DNA from: Candidatus Portnoybacteria bacterium RBG_19FT_COMBO_36_7
GTDB lineage: Bacteria > Patescibacteriota > Minisyncoccia > Portnoybacterales > GWB1-42-6
Direction of reading: 5' to 3'
Assembly: GCA_001819495.1 (NCBI GenBank)
Contig: MHMW01000028.1
Span: 5,398 to 69,397 of the forward strand
Length of the DNA: 64,000 nucleotides
Position numbers and translations under genes: made by a program. Positions 47,555 through 57,382 of the stretch are shown piece by piece. The notes below the pieces were generated by a model that worked only from the letters and a program-made list of their open reading frames with translations, was not told the origin of the DNA and did not search any database. How positions within the stretch are numbered: position 1 is the stretch's first letter; each line of letters starts with the position of its first letter.

Positions 47555-48904
47555 TTAACCTGTCTGCATTTTTTTTACGGCCCCCAAAGAAACTGCCAAA
47601 GCCAAAACCAGCCAAAAGACGACCGCCAGGTCGTTTTTAAAATAGGTCGTGTCAATTAAGCCATGCAGCAGAATATAGATCATCAGTGCTGCCAAAATAA
47701 GCAAAAGTTGACCGCGGGCATGGATTGCGTTTTCGCCGCGAGGACTGTTTGAACCCAGCCCTTCGCCAAGGGCTGGGCGAGTTCCGCAGCAAGAAAATGC
47801 AGTCCATGCCCGCGTTATATATATAAAAAATACTATTATCAACCATAAAAATCCGATCAATCCAATCAGCCCAGTCTGCAGCCAAAATGCCAAAAAAAGA
47901 TTGTGCGGCTGGGGTGATGACCATTCCAAATAGGGGACGGAAAATCTGCTTTGGTATTTTAAATAATATTCCTGAAACATGCCCGGCCCGATGCCAAAAA
48001 CAAAATGGTCTTTGCCTATTGCCCAGGCGGCCCGCCAGATCATGAGTCTTGATTGCCAGGAAGAACGGGGGGAATGCAGAAAATTATCCAGTTTCTCGCT
48101 TTTTGATTGAGAAACAAATAAAATACCGACAAGAAGCAAAAACAACAAACCGCACACAGCCAACATCCTTTTTTTATTTTTTGCCCTGCCAAACAGCCAA
48201 AATACAATTGCGGCAAGCAAGGCAATCCAAGCCGCGTAAGAAAATGTCAAAAAAAGAGCCGCAGCATCAACCGCTAAAGCAGCCAGCCAAAGCGGCTTTT
48301 CTTTTTTTTCGGCCAAACCAATCATTGCCAAAGCGGTAAAAAAACCGGGCGCCAGCGCCATGGCCAAGTGATTGGGAGAAAGAAAAAATGCCGCCAGCCT
48401 TCTGTCAAAAGTGATTTCTCCTGATAAAAAATAAATAAGCCCGACTACGCCTATCAGGCCGCCAGAAATTGCCAGCCAGCAAAATATTTTTTTAATTTGC
48501 GCTTCGTTTTTTATTTCTGCGACAACCATCAAAGCAAAAATCAGGGGCACAACAAACCAGCTTTTTAAAATTCCGGCAGAAACTTCTAAGTTTTGGGAAA
48601 GCAGAGTTGATAAAATTGCCCCGTTTAAAATAAGCAGGGCTGGCAAAGAAAACTTTCTAATTTCAAAAAATTCAACAGCCCGATATCGTTTATTGGCCAG
48701 CCATAACAAGAACAGCAACCCGATCATTATCTCCAGAACATTCATCGGGATAAAAAAGATTTTTATCTTAAAAAGATATAACGGCAGCAAAAAAACGGTT
48801 AAGTATATTCTATTCTCAAACTTTTTCTGAGCCAGCCATAAAAATCCGGCCAAAAAAATGACCAGCCCCGCTATTTCATAAATTGAATCAAGCCAGATGC
48901 TCAT
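47555..48904 (-). CDS. O-antigen ligase family protein with in-frame palindromic insertion
   Basis: PNHLA, TFSYAAW, R..IW, GIGPG.F, PHNLFL, HGLID. Confidence 0.85.
   Translation of the reverse strand: MSIWLDSIYEIAGLVIFLAGFLWLAQKKFENRIYLTVFLLPLYLFKIKIFFIPMNVLEIMIGLLFLLWLANKRYRAVEFFEIRKFSLPALLILNGAILSTLLSQNLEVSAGILKSWFVVPLIFALMVVAEIKNEAQIKKIFCWLAISGGLIGVVGLIYFLSGEITFDRRLAAFFLSPNHLAMALAPGFFTALAMIGLAEKKEKPLWLAALAVDAAALFLTFSYAAWIALLAAIVFWLFGRAKNKKRMLAVCGLLFLLLVGILFVSQSKSEKLDNFLHSPRSSWQSRLMIWRAAWAIGKDHFVFGIGPGMFQEYYLKYQSRFSVPYLEWSSPQPHNLFLAFWLQTGLIGLIGFLWLIIVFFIYITRAWTAFSCCGTRPALGEGLGSNSPRGENAIHARGQLLLILAALMIYILLHGLIDTTYFKNDLAVVFWLVLALAVSLGAVKKMQTG
47713..47814 (+). repeat. 102-bp palindromic element inside CDS
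   Basis: CGCGGGCATGGATTGCGTTTTC...GAAAATGCAGTCCATGCCCGCG with inner CCCAGCCCTT/AAGGGCTGGG hairpin. Confidence 0.85.
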
Positions 48905-49044
48905 TTGAGGTACTAGAAATTCGACTTGAAATTAATCTTGTCTGATTAAATTTAAGTCTTTTTTCAACGCCAAGTAGATGCTATACCCGACTATTTTTGT
49001 CAACCACCGAGGCGGGCGACTGTAGAATTTTCACTGCCTGGCAG
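48903..49044 (-). repeat. 23-bp terminal inverted-repeat element (degenerate copy)
   Basis: Minus strand TGCCAGGCAGTGAAAATTCTAC...GTCGAATTTCTAGTACCTCAAATG. Confidence 0.7.
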
Positions 49045-50419
49045 GTTTTAAATTTACGCTGATAAGCGCCAATACTATCATAAGACATGCCAAAATCGCC
49101 GGGTTAAAAATAGATGTTTCAAAAAATGAATGAACGGCAAAATAAGCAAGCGACCCGGCCAGCCCGATCTTCAAAAAAGTTTTGCTGTCCGGCGCTGCCC
49201 GGTCTTTTTTCAAAGAAACAGCCAGCTGGCAAAAACTTCCGCTAAGCAAAAATAGCCAGGCGGCTAAGCCAAAAATTCCGGTCTCAGCCGCGATATCCAA
49301 ATAAAGATTATGACTGGTAATAGGATTGCGATAGACGGCCAAAGGATCCACGGCTCTGGAATAATTTCCCAGGCCCTTGCCAAAAACCGGATTATCCAAA
49401 AAGACCAGTATTGATTGTTTCCATATCTGAAGACGGCCAAGGGAAGAACCCTCCGACAACAGAAAGCTGGAAATAAAACGACTGACTATAGGAACGGCAA
49501 AAATCAACAAAATCAGCAGGGATAATACCGAACCGGTTAAAATTACTGATTTTTTCTTCCTGTCCAAAAAAGTCCAAGAATAAAACAGGATCACAGTTAT
49601 TGAAAAAAACAGCCCCAGATAGCCTCCCCGCGAAAATGTCAGCAGCAGCACCGCCAGCATTATAACAGTACAGGCAACTAAAAAATAGCCTGTTTTTTTT
49701 GCATAAATAACCTTGACTATGGCCAGCGGCAAAACCAGTCCTAAAAAAAATGCCATCATATGAGGATCGGGAAACAAGCCAAATGCCCGCATGAGAGTAC
49801 CCCCGCCGACACTGACGAACCAGCTGGGATTCTGGACGACCAGCCCTGAAAATGAACCGCCCCAAAAAATCGGGCCGATGGTGCCCGAATACAGCCTGAT
49901 TAAAGCCGGGAAACCGACAAAAAATTGGCTGAAAAATTGAGTAAGCCCGATAACCGAAGAAATAAAAGCTCCCAGGATTAAAGTGTTAATTATTTTTTGA
50001 TAATATATTTTTTTGCAAGCCAAACCCGCTATAAAAAAATAAAGAGGAAAAATGGATAAAAAAACAGCCAGCTTCCTTATTCCCCAGCCAAGTTCGCTTG
50101 CAAACGCAAGAGAAGCCGCGCTAATTGTTGCAATAGCGATCAAGCCGAATCCCTGAAAACTGGATATAAGGAGTTTTTTCTTTAGAAAGGCGGCTGCCGC
50201 CAGCCAGATTAAAAAAAATGCCGGGATAATAATCCTGACCGAAGCCAAATCAATATCGGCACTGACATTAAGCGCGATGCCAAAAGGAATATATAAAATT
50301 ATAAGAAGGGCACAGAAACCCAAAATTCGCCAGATTTTCTTCTGGTTGCCGGATTCTTGATTGCTCAAAGAAAAAACACTCTCTGAGCGGCTCATGTTTG
50401 TCTTCTGGTCAAAGCCCAT
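49031..50419 (-). CDS. O-antigen ligase family protein
   Basis: RAFGLFPDPH, TFSRGG, RLQIW, G.GLGNY, SHNLYL. Confidence 0.88.
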   Translation of the reverse strand: MGFDQKTNMSRSESVFSLSNQESGNQKKIWRILGFCALLIILYIPFGIALNVSADIDLASVRIIIPAFFLIWLAAAAFLKKKLLISSFQGFGLIAIATISAASLAFASELGWGIRKLAVFLSIFPLYFFIAGLACKKIYYQKIINTLILGAFISSVIGLTQFFSQFFVGFPALIRLYSGTIGPIFWGGSFSGLVVQNPSWFVSVGGGTLMRAFGLFPDPHMMAFFLGLVLPLAIVKVIYAKKTGYFLVACTVIMLAVLLLTFSRGGYLGLFFSITVILFYSWTFLDRKKKSVILTGSVLSLLILLIFAVPIVSRFISSFLLSEGSSLGRLQIWKQSILVFLDNPVFGKGLGNYSRAVDPLAVYRNPITSHNLYLDIAAETGIFGLAAWLFLLSGSFCQLAVSLKKDRAAPDSKTFLKIGLAGSLAYFAVHSFFETSIFNPAILACLMIVLALISVNLKPARQ

Positions 50420-51807
50420 AGTTCATTTGGCGAGACAGCTCGAAACACTAGCAGAAGCGGGAAATAAATCAAAAGGGCAATAACCAGCAAAATAAAAATA
50501 TTGAGGTCTCTGGCAAAATAAAGAACCGATGACATGATGGCGGCAGACAGAAATATCTTGGCCAAAATTCTGAATTTCGGAATGTAGTTAGCGGTTTTTT
50601 TGATAACAACCAGCATAAGAACTGTGACGAACGCCTCGGTAAAAAGGGTTGAGCTGGCCGCTCCCCAGTAAGAAAATCTCGGAATAAGAATCAGATTTAT
50701 GCTAAAATTCACCACCGCCCCAATGGCGTAAATTTTGGCCAATGCTTTTTGTTTTTCAAGGGCAATAATCATATTTGAGAACAGACTGCCTAAAAAAATA
50801 ATAGCCGTGGCAAAAATCAGAATATTCAAAACACCGGCTGCCTCTCCAAATTGCGCTCCGGCAATAAGCGCAATAATAGGGTCTGATAAGACTATCCCTC
50901 CCAAAGCCATGGGCACGGCAAAAATTAGCATTATATCCAGGCCACGCTGAGAAACCTTTTTAAATTCCGCCTGATTTGACAAAGCGAATTTTGATAAAAG
51001 AGGCATTAGCAGCCCGACAAAAAGCGCCGGGAAAAATATCATACTTTCCAGAATCTTATAGGCCACACCATAAATGCCGACATCCCCGGCCGGTTTCATT
51101 ATTGATAGCATGAGCGTATCCAGCTTAAAATAAATCATGACAAAAATGGCAGAGATGGCCAGCGGGAAGCTTTCTTTCATTATCCTGCGCCAATAGCTCA
51201 GGTTCCAGCGGATCTTAACTGCGGTATATTTCTGAACAAAGACATAGATTAATAAAAAATTAGCGAAACTGCCAAGGCTTGTGGCCAGAATTATGTTAAA
51301 AAAGCCCATGTTTTTGAAAATAAAAAATCCGACAAAACCCATTTGAACTATCCGGCCGGCCAGCTCGCCGATTGCCACTTTTTCCATTTTCAGATATTTC
51401 TGGAATACCGTCACCAAAACCTGGGTGTTGGACAGAGACCAGAAACCAAAAGAGGCCATAGCAATGCCAATTTTTGTTTCCGTGCTGTAAGGGAAAAACC
51501 AGGCAACAGCCGGCGCCAAGGCAAATATAAAAAGGCCGCTGAAGAATCTGAAAGAAAATGCCTGGCTGACGATTTCAGATTCAGCTGCCCCTTCTTTTGA
51601 GATCTCGCGCAGGGTTATTGAATAGAGCCCCAGATCCGCCAGTACGGAAAAGATATACAAAAAAGCCATGACGATGCTGTAATTTCCGAAATTGTCCTGA
51701 CCCAGATACCTGGTCACCAAACCGAGAGTGAACAGAGCGATTGCCGTGCCCGATATCCGCGAAACAGCAGAAATAATTGTATTATAGGCAATTTTTTTAG
51801 CCAGCAT
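50392..51807 (-). CDS. Wzx-type flippase
   Basis: RYLG...FG.Y, DLGL, D.LML, VGIYGVAY, GAA.ST. Confidence 0.9.
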   Translation of the reverse strand: MLAKKIAYNTIISAVSRISGTAIALFTLGLVTRYLGQDNFGNYSIVMAFLYIFSVLADLGLYSITLREISKEGAAESEIVSQAFSFRFFSGLFIFALAPAVAWFFPYSTETKIGIAMASFGFWSLSNTQVLVTVFQKYLKMEKVAIGELAGRIVQMGFVGFFIFKNMGFFNIILATSLGSFANFLLIYVFVQKYTAVKIRWNLSYWRRIMKESFPLAISAIFVMIYFKLDTLMLSIMKPAGDVGIYGVAYKILESMIFFPALFVGLLMPLLSKFALSNQAEFKKVSQRGLDIMLIFAVPMALGGIVLSDPIIALIAGAQFGEAAGVLNILIFATAIIFLGSLFSNMIIALEKQKALAKIYAIGAVVNFSINLILIPRFSYWGAASSTLFTEAFVTVLMLVVIKKTANYIPKFRILAKIFLSAAIMSSVLYFARDLNIFILLVIALLIYFPLLLVFRAVSPNELWALTRRQT

Positions 51808-51839
51808 GGCTCAAAAGGCCGGCGGACAACAGTGTTTTT

Positions 51840-52307
51840 TTAAGCATCGCTGCCGGGCCTGATTACAACTCTTCGCGACTGCCCCTCTCCCTCACTTTCG
51901 GTTCTCACCCCCTCAATGTCTTTGAGCGCCAGATGAATAATTCTCCGCTCATATGAACTCATCGGCTCCAATACCTTAACATGCCCTTCGCTCGTCACCT
52001 GCCTGGCTAATGATAATGCCATTTCTTTCAAAAGTGATATTCTGTTCCCTTTGTAATTATTAACGTCAACTATAAAATTTATCGGGCCGATTCCCAGCTT
52101 CTTGTTGGCGACAACTCTTAAAATATGCTGTAGGGCCAATAAATTTTCGCCGCCCTGGCCAATGAGCAGACCTGCTTCTTCGCTCTGAAGAGAAACCATC
52201 AAACACTCTTGCTGGCTGGCGTCAATCTCAACAGCCGCTCCAAAATCCATTTTTAATAAAGTCTCTTCTGTTAATTCTTTTAATTTTTCTTTAAGATTGT
52301 TGTCCAT
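51840..52307 (-). CDS. jag: Jag/KhpB KH-R3H RNA-binding protein
   Basis: LIGQGGENL.ALQH, PMSSYERRIIH, TESEGEG..RRVVI. Confidence 0.92.
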   Translation of the reverse strand: MDNNLKEKLKELTEETLLKMDFGAAVEIDASQQECLMVSLQSEEAGLLIGQGGENLLALQHILRVVANKKLGIGPINFIVDVNNYKGNRISLLKEMALSLARQVTSEGHVKVLEPMSSYERRIIHLALKDIEGVRTESEGEGQSRRVVIRPGSDA

Positions 52308-52330
52308 TTTTTAACCCATGCCAAAAAATT

Positions 52331-53062
52331 TTAAGCCTTCTGGTCTTTGAGCTGCTTGGTGCGCGGATTTAAAACGAAATACTGCTGGACAATGCCAAAA
52401 ATGGTGGTCGCCAGCCAATAAAGAGCCAGCCCGGCCGGCAGGGAAGCGGCGATAAAAATCGTAAATATAGGAAACAGATATACCATCTGTTTGCTCATCG
52501 CGCTGGCAAAATCATTTCCGCCCGAAGAAGAGCTCGTTTGAGGCGTTATCATTTTTGATTGGATGAATTGCGCGATACCGGCCAAAACCGCCAGTATGAT
52601 ATTTTTTTGGGACAAATCAAGAATGCCCAAAAACATATTGTTGATTACTTCGGGGCGAGCAACAAAACTATAAAGCCTGACAAAATTTTCCTCGTTAAGA
52701 CCGGCTCTCAACACGCTGAAAAGTCCCCAAAGAACAGGCAACTGTACCAAGATTGGCAGACAGCCAGAAGCCGGATTAATTTTATGCTCTTTATACAAAT
52801 CCATCATAGCCCGGCCCTGTTTTTCTTTGTCGTCTTTATATTTTTGCTGAATTTCCTTTATCTTGGGCTGAATCAACTGCATCTTCTTCTGTGACTTTAT
52901 CGCTTTCTGGTTGAGGGGATAAAGAACAATCCTGATGATAATTGTTAAAACAATGATGGCGATACCCAGGTCATGCCCGGGAATAACGTTATATAAAAAA
53001 ATCAAACCGTTAAGAAGCGGCTTATATATGACTTCATTATATAATAAACTAAAAATATTCAT
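52331..53062 (-). CDS. yidC: Membrane protein insertase YidC
   Basis: QPKIKEIQQKY, NPASGCLPILVQLP, PAGLALYW. Confidence 0.95.
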   Translation of the reverse strand: MNIFSLLYNEVIYKPLLNGLIFLYNVIPGHDLGIAIIVLTIIIRIVLYPLNQKAIKSQKKMQLIQPKIKEIQQKYKDDKEKQGRAMMDLYKEHKINPASGCLPILVQLPVLWGLFSVLRAGLNEENFVRLYSFVARPEVINNMFLGILDLSQKNIILAVLAGIAQFIQSKMITPQTSSSSGGNDFASAMSKQMVYLFPIFTIFIAASLPAGLALYWLATTIFGIVQQYFVLNPRTKQLKDQKA

Positions 53063-53087
53063 CTGGTATCAGACTGTCTTAAAACTT

Positions 53088-53342
53088 TTAAGGCACGGGG
53101 TCCCATCCTCCGTGACTAAACGGATGGCATCGAACAATCCTTTTTAACCCTAGCAGGCCGCCTTTTAACATACCAAATTTTTTTGTCGCCTGCAAGAAAT
53201 ACTGGGAGCAAGTCGGGTAGAAACGACAGGCGTTCCCTCGCTGCGAGAGAATCGGTGAAATAAAAATCTGGTAGCCACGAATAAATAGTCCCGCCCCGCT
53301 AGCTATTATAGATCCCGGCTTTTTTAAATATATTTTCAACAT
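53088..53342 (-). CDS. yidD: Membrane protein insertion efficiency factor YidD
   Basis: [24 protein letters not shown]; start uncertain. Confidence 0.92.
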   Translation of the reverse strand: MLKIYLKKPGSIIASGAGLFIRGYQIFISPILSQRGNACRFYPTCSQYFLQATKKFGMLKGGLLGLKRIVRCHPFSHGGWDPVP

Positions 53343-53643
53343 CTTTAGCTATTTCTTTCTGATTTTTTCCCGCAATCTTGGTTTTGGCAAAAATCAGAAT
53401 ATCAAAGTTTTTATTAATCAAAGGAGTCAATAATTTAACGGTTTCGCTCAAACGCCGCCTGATCTTGTTGCGAACAACCGCTTTTTTTGATACCTTCAGC
53501 CCGGCCACAAATCCAAAACGGCAAGAATCATGGTCGTTTGGCAAAAATCGTATCTGGACAAACTCTCCAGAAAATGACATCCCTTTCCTGGAAACATTTC
53601 TAAAATCGACTGTTTTTTTTAGTCTGTTGCTCTTGGCAAACAT
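53299..53643 (-). CDS. rnpA: RNase P protein
   Basis: [19 protein letters not shown]. Confidence 0.93.
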   Translation of the reverse strand: MFAKSNRLKKTVDFRNVSRKGMSFSGEFVQIRFLPNDHDSCRFGFVAGLKVSKKAVVRNKIRRRLSETVKLLTPLINKNFDILIFAKTKIAGKNQKEIAKDVENIFKKAGIYNS

Positions 53644-53646
53644 TTA

Positions 53647-53781
53647 TTAAACACTCAGACGCCGGCGTTTTTTGTTCCTTCTGTTTCTTAAAACCCGACG
53701 GCCGCCAAATGTCCTCATCCGCTTGAGAAAACCATGAGTTTTTTTGCGTTTTCTTTTTTTAGGCTGGTATGTCGTGCTCAT
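53647..53781 (-). CDS. rpmH: 50S ribosomal protein L34 (not in ORF track)
   Basis: [44 protein letters not shown]. Confidence 0.95.
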   Translation of the reverse strand: MSTTYQPKKRKRKKTHGFLKRMRTFGGRRVLRNRRNKKRRRLSV

Positions 53782-54144
53782 AGGGTCGGCTTTGTTTTAA
53801 TATTTTAAACCTTAATGAAAGAAATTCGCATTTCTTTGACATCAAATTAAGTTTAGTATATTATTAAATAACGCAAAAGTCAATTCAAAGACACGTCTTT
53901 CCACAGATAGTGCACATTTTATGAACAAAATCAGTTTTTTGCGGCATTTTAAATGATTTTTCTGTGAACTTTTGATATGATATAATTGGCAACAAGGGAT
54001 AGATAAAAAATTATTTTTTATTTTGACCGAGTGAACCGATTGTCCCCAGAACTACAATCCTCTCGGGATATCGTCGGAAAAAAATAATTTTTTTCCTTTT
54101 TTTATCGAAATTAAATTTTAATAATATTTATATTCCAAAAACGT

Positions 54145-54280
54145 ATGCCAGGTAGTGAAAATTCGACAGATATCTTTTAGTATAAATTTTCACTTCATTC
54201 GCCTGGTAAAGAATCTATTTTAAAATATAGAAATTCTGACTGACTTTATTTAGTTTAGTCGAATTTCTATTACCTGGTAT
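54145..54280 (+). repeat. 23-bp inverted-repeat element forming the dnaA leader
   Basis: ATGCCAGGTAGTGAAAATTCGAC...GTCGAATTTCTATTACCTGGTAT(G). Confidence 0.8.
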
Positions 54281-55658
54281 GACTAATCACGAACTATGGC
54301 AGGCAGCATTGGGCGAAATTGAGCTCAATATCTCCAAGACAAATTTTATAACCTGGTTCCGCAATACCGATATTATTAAAGCAAAAGATAGCTCAGTGAC
54401 CATTGCCGTCCCAAACGCCTTTTCCAAAGAGTGGCTTGAGAATAAATATAATAAACTAATTTTAAAAGCTATCCGGAATGTCTCTCCTGAAACAAAAGAT
54501 GTTGAATTTATTATCAGTGCCCTGCCTTCGGCAAAATTAGCACCCGAGATGACATTAGCGACTGTAAAATCTGCCAAGAAAAAAGAGGTAAATGAACTCG
54601 GACAGCCGTTTCAGGAATTCGAGATCAATAAAGATACTCATTTAAATCCAAAGTACACCTTTGATAATTTTATCGTCGGCTCTTTTAATGAACTGGCTCA
54701 GGCCGCCGCTCAGGCAATCACAAAAAATTTGGGGAAGCTTTATAATCCTCTTTTCATTTACGGCGGCGTGGGACTAGGAAAAACTCATCTTATCCAGGCG
54801 CTTGGCAATGAAATAGTAAAAAACTACAATAGCGAAAAAAAGGTCTGCTATATCAGTTCTGAAAAATTTACAAGCGAGCTGGTTGACGCCCTCTACAACG
54901 GCCAAGTTGAAGAATTTAAGGATAAGTATCGGCAAATCGATGTTCTTATCATAGATGATATCCAGTTTTTGGCCGGGAAAGAAAAAACTCAGGAAGAGTT
55001 TTTCCACACTTTTAACGCCCTTTACCAGAACAATAAACAGATAATCTTGAGCTCTGACCGGCCGCCACAAGCTATTTCAACGCTTGAAGAACGTCTTAAA
55101 TCACGCTTTGCCGGCGGCATGATTGCCGACATCTCGTTTCCCGACCTTGAATCGCGCATCGCCATCTTAAAAGAGAAGGCTTATGAAAAAAAATTTGAGG
55201 TAACCGACGAAATTTTGAATTATATAGCCAATCATATCCAAAAAAACATCAGAGAACTAGAAGGAGCGCTTAACCGCATTGTTATTTCCGCCAAACTGCG
55301 CAATACCATTCCCTCTGTGCCAGAAATCTCAAAAATATTAAATAATATCACATCTCCGCTATCCAAAAAAATCAGCTATAAGACCATCGTTCAGGCAGTG
55401 GCTGATTTTTATGATATAAACACCGGTCTTTTAGTTAACCGATGCCGGAAAAAAGAACTTGTTTATCCCCGACAAGTAGCAATGTTCCTCATCCGCGAGG
55501 AATTAAAAAGTTCTTATCCTTTTATCGGAGAAAAATTAGGCGGCCGCGACCACACTACTGTTATGTATGCTTGTGAAAAAATTACCAAAGAATTAGAAAA
55601 TAATGAATCTCTCCAGCAAGAAATTAATCTGATAAAAGAGCATTTTTATAATACTTAA
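54279..55658 (+). CDS. dnaA: Chromosomal replication initiator DnaA
   Basis: YNPLFIYGGVGLGKTHL, IDDIQF, NIRELEGAL, GGRDHTTV. Confidence 0.98.
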   Translation: MTNHELWQAALGEIELNISKTNFITWFRNTDIIKAKDSSVTIAVPNAFSKEWLENKYNKLILKAIRNVSPETKDVEFIISALPSAKLAPEMTLATVKSAKKKEVNELGQPFQEFEINKDTHLNPKYTFDNFIVGSFNELAQAAAQAITKNLGKLYNPLFIYGGVGLGKTHLIQALGNEIVKNYNSEKKVCYISSEKFTSELVDALYNGQVEEFKDKYRQIDVLIIDDIQFLAGKEKTQEEFFHTFNALYQNNKQIILSSDRPPQAISTLEERLKSRFAGGMIADISFPDLESRIAILKEKAYEKKFEVTDEILNYIANHIQKNIRELEGALNRIVISAKLRNTIPSVPEISKILNNITSPLSKKISYKTIVQAVADFYDINTGLLVNRCRKKELVYPRQVAMFLIREELKSSYPFIGEKLGGRDHTTVMYACEKITKELENNESLQQEINLIKEHFYNT

Positions 55659-55865
55659 TATCTAGTGGATAACATATTTAATAACTATCTTATTTTATAT
55701 TAGTAAAAATTATTAATTTTAATAATTAAATTTAATAATAAATAATTAATAGCTTATTCACATGTTATTTAATGAAAATTTATAATCCAGGATTTAAAAA
55801 ATATATTTTTCCACAGTTTTATACAATTCTAATAATATCACCTTTTTTAAAAATATTAATTTAAA
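55659..55865. other. Probable oriC
   Basis: Extremely AT-rich dnaA-dnaN spacer with DnaA-box-like AGTGGATAA, TTATTCACA and TTTTCCACA. Confidence 0.75.
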
Positions 55866-56987
55866 ATGAAAATTACCTGTCTTCAGGAAAATTTAAAAAC
55901 TAATTTAAATATTGCCCAAAATATAGTTGGTAAGAATTTAACTTTGCCGATTTTAAATAATCTATTACTTGAAATTGATAATGGACAGCTGAAAATTTCT
56001 TCAACTAATCTTGAAATTGGTATTAATACATGGACATCAGGAAAAATAGAAAAAACCGGCTCAATTACATGTCCAGCAAAAATTCTAACCAGTTTTATAA
56101 ATAATCTACCTAATAAAAAAATTGAATTAGAGGCAAAAGATAATAATTTATACATCAAATGTGAAAATTATAAGGCAGCGATTAAGGGTTTAAGCGCTGA
56201 AGACTTTCCTTTAATTCCAAAAATAAAAGAAAAACCAATATCTGTTTTTAAAAAAAGCGAAGCGTTAAAGAATGACTTAAATAAAGTGGTTGGAGCAGCT
56301 GCTTTGTCTGAATCCAGGCCTGAATTTTCAGGAGTCTTGTTTAAATTTGAAAAAGATTCGGTCAGATTTGTTGCGACAGATAGTTTTAGGCTGGCGGAAA
56401 AAATAATATACCAGACCAGCAGCATCAGTCAGCCAAATTCACTTATCGTTCCTCAGCGGACAATCCAGGAATTAATAAGGATTTTAGGAGAGAAGCAGAG
56501 CCAGGAAGTAAGGTTTGTCTTGGGAGACAGCCAGATTTTATTTGATCTTGATGAAGTGCAGTTAATCTCCCGCCTAATTGACGGACAGTACCCAGATTAT
56601 CAACAGATTATCCCTAAAAACTTTGAAACAAAAGTCACTTTATCAAAGGACGAGCTTATTAATAATATCAGGATTGCCAGTATTTTTTCTAGTAAAATAA
56701 ACGACGTGAAAATACTTATCCGGTCAGAGAAGATAGAAATACTATCCCAAGACCCGGACCTAGGAGAAAATAAGTCGCAAATGTCAGCCCGGGTACAGGG
56801 CAAGCCGATGGAAATTATTTTTAATTTCAGATACCTGATGGAAGGACTGGCTAATATCGGCACTAAACAAGTTTTGCTGGGGCTAAACCCAGAAATTCAG
56901 GGCACAAGCTCAAGATCCAACCCAGCAGTGATTAAGCCGGTCGGAGAAGACGGATATCTTTACGTCGTCATGCCGATTAAAACTTAA
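55866..56987 (+). CDS. dnaN: DNA polymerase III beta clamp
   Basis: LPILNN, STNLE, VATDSFRLA, IDGQYPDY, VVMPI. Confidence 0.97.
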   Translation: MKITCLQENLKTNLNIAQNIVGKNLTLPILNNLLLEIDNGQLKISSTNLEIGINTWTSGKIEKTGSITCPAKILTSFINNLPNKKIELEAKDNNLYIKCENYKAAIKGLSAEDFPLIPKIKEKPISVFKKSEALKNDLNKVVGAAALSESRPEFSGVLFKFEKDSVRFVATDSFRLAEKIIYQTSSISQPNSLIVPQRTIQELIRILGEKQSQEVRFVLGDSQILFDLDEVQLISRLIDGQYPDYQQIIPKNFETKVTLSKDELINNIRIASIFSSKINDVKILIRSEKIEILSQDPDLGENKSQMSARVQGKPMEIIFNFRYLMEGLANIGTKQVLLGLNPEIQGTSSRSNPAVIKPVGEDGYLYVVMPIKT

Positions 56988-57012
56988 ATTTTATTCTGAG
57001 GCTAAAAGAAGA

Positions 57013-57306
57013 ATGTGGACGACGATAAAAAAAATATTGCCTGTCAGTATCAGGAAATTGGGCTTGGGTCAAGTTCTTGAATTGAATGATATTTGCTTTT
57101 GTTGGGATAAAATGCTCGAAGAGCTTTTTGGCGAAATCTACAGGAATAAAAGCAAGCCGATTTCTTTGAAAAATAAAACGCTGATAGTGGATTGTTTGAA
57201 TTCAGTTTGGGCTTCCGAATTGCAAATAAAACAGCTGCAGATCATTAAACAGATAAACGGTAATTTTAGCAGAGAACTGGTTGAGAGAATAAGGTTTATT
57301 AGCTGA
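57013..57306 (+). CDS. DUF721/DciA family protein
   Basis: W..., L.V...NSVWASEL, IRF; located after dnaN. Confidence 0.75.
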   Translation: MWTTIKKILPVSIRKLGLGQVLELNDICFCWDKMLEELFGEIYRNKSKPISLKNKTLIVDCLNSVWASELQIKQLQIIKQINGNFSRELVERIRFIS

Positions 57307-57382
57307 TAATTTTTTAAAAATAAATCCGCCCCGCTAAAAAGGACGGATTTTTATTTTGTTTGGATAAAACTAAGATTATTTT

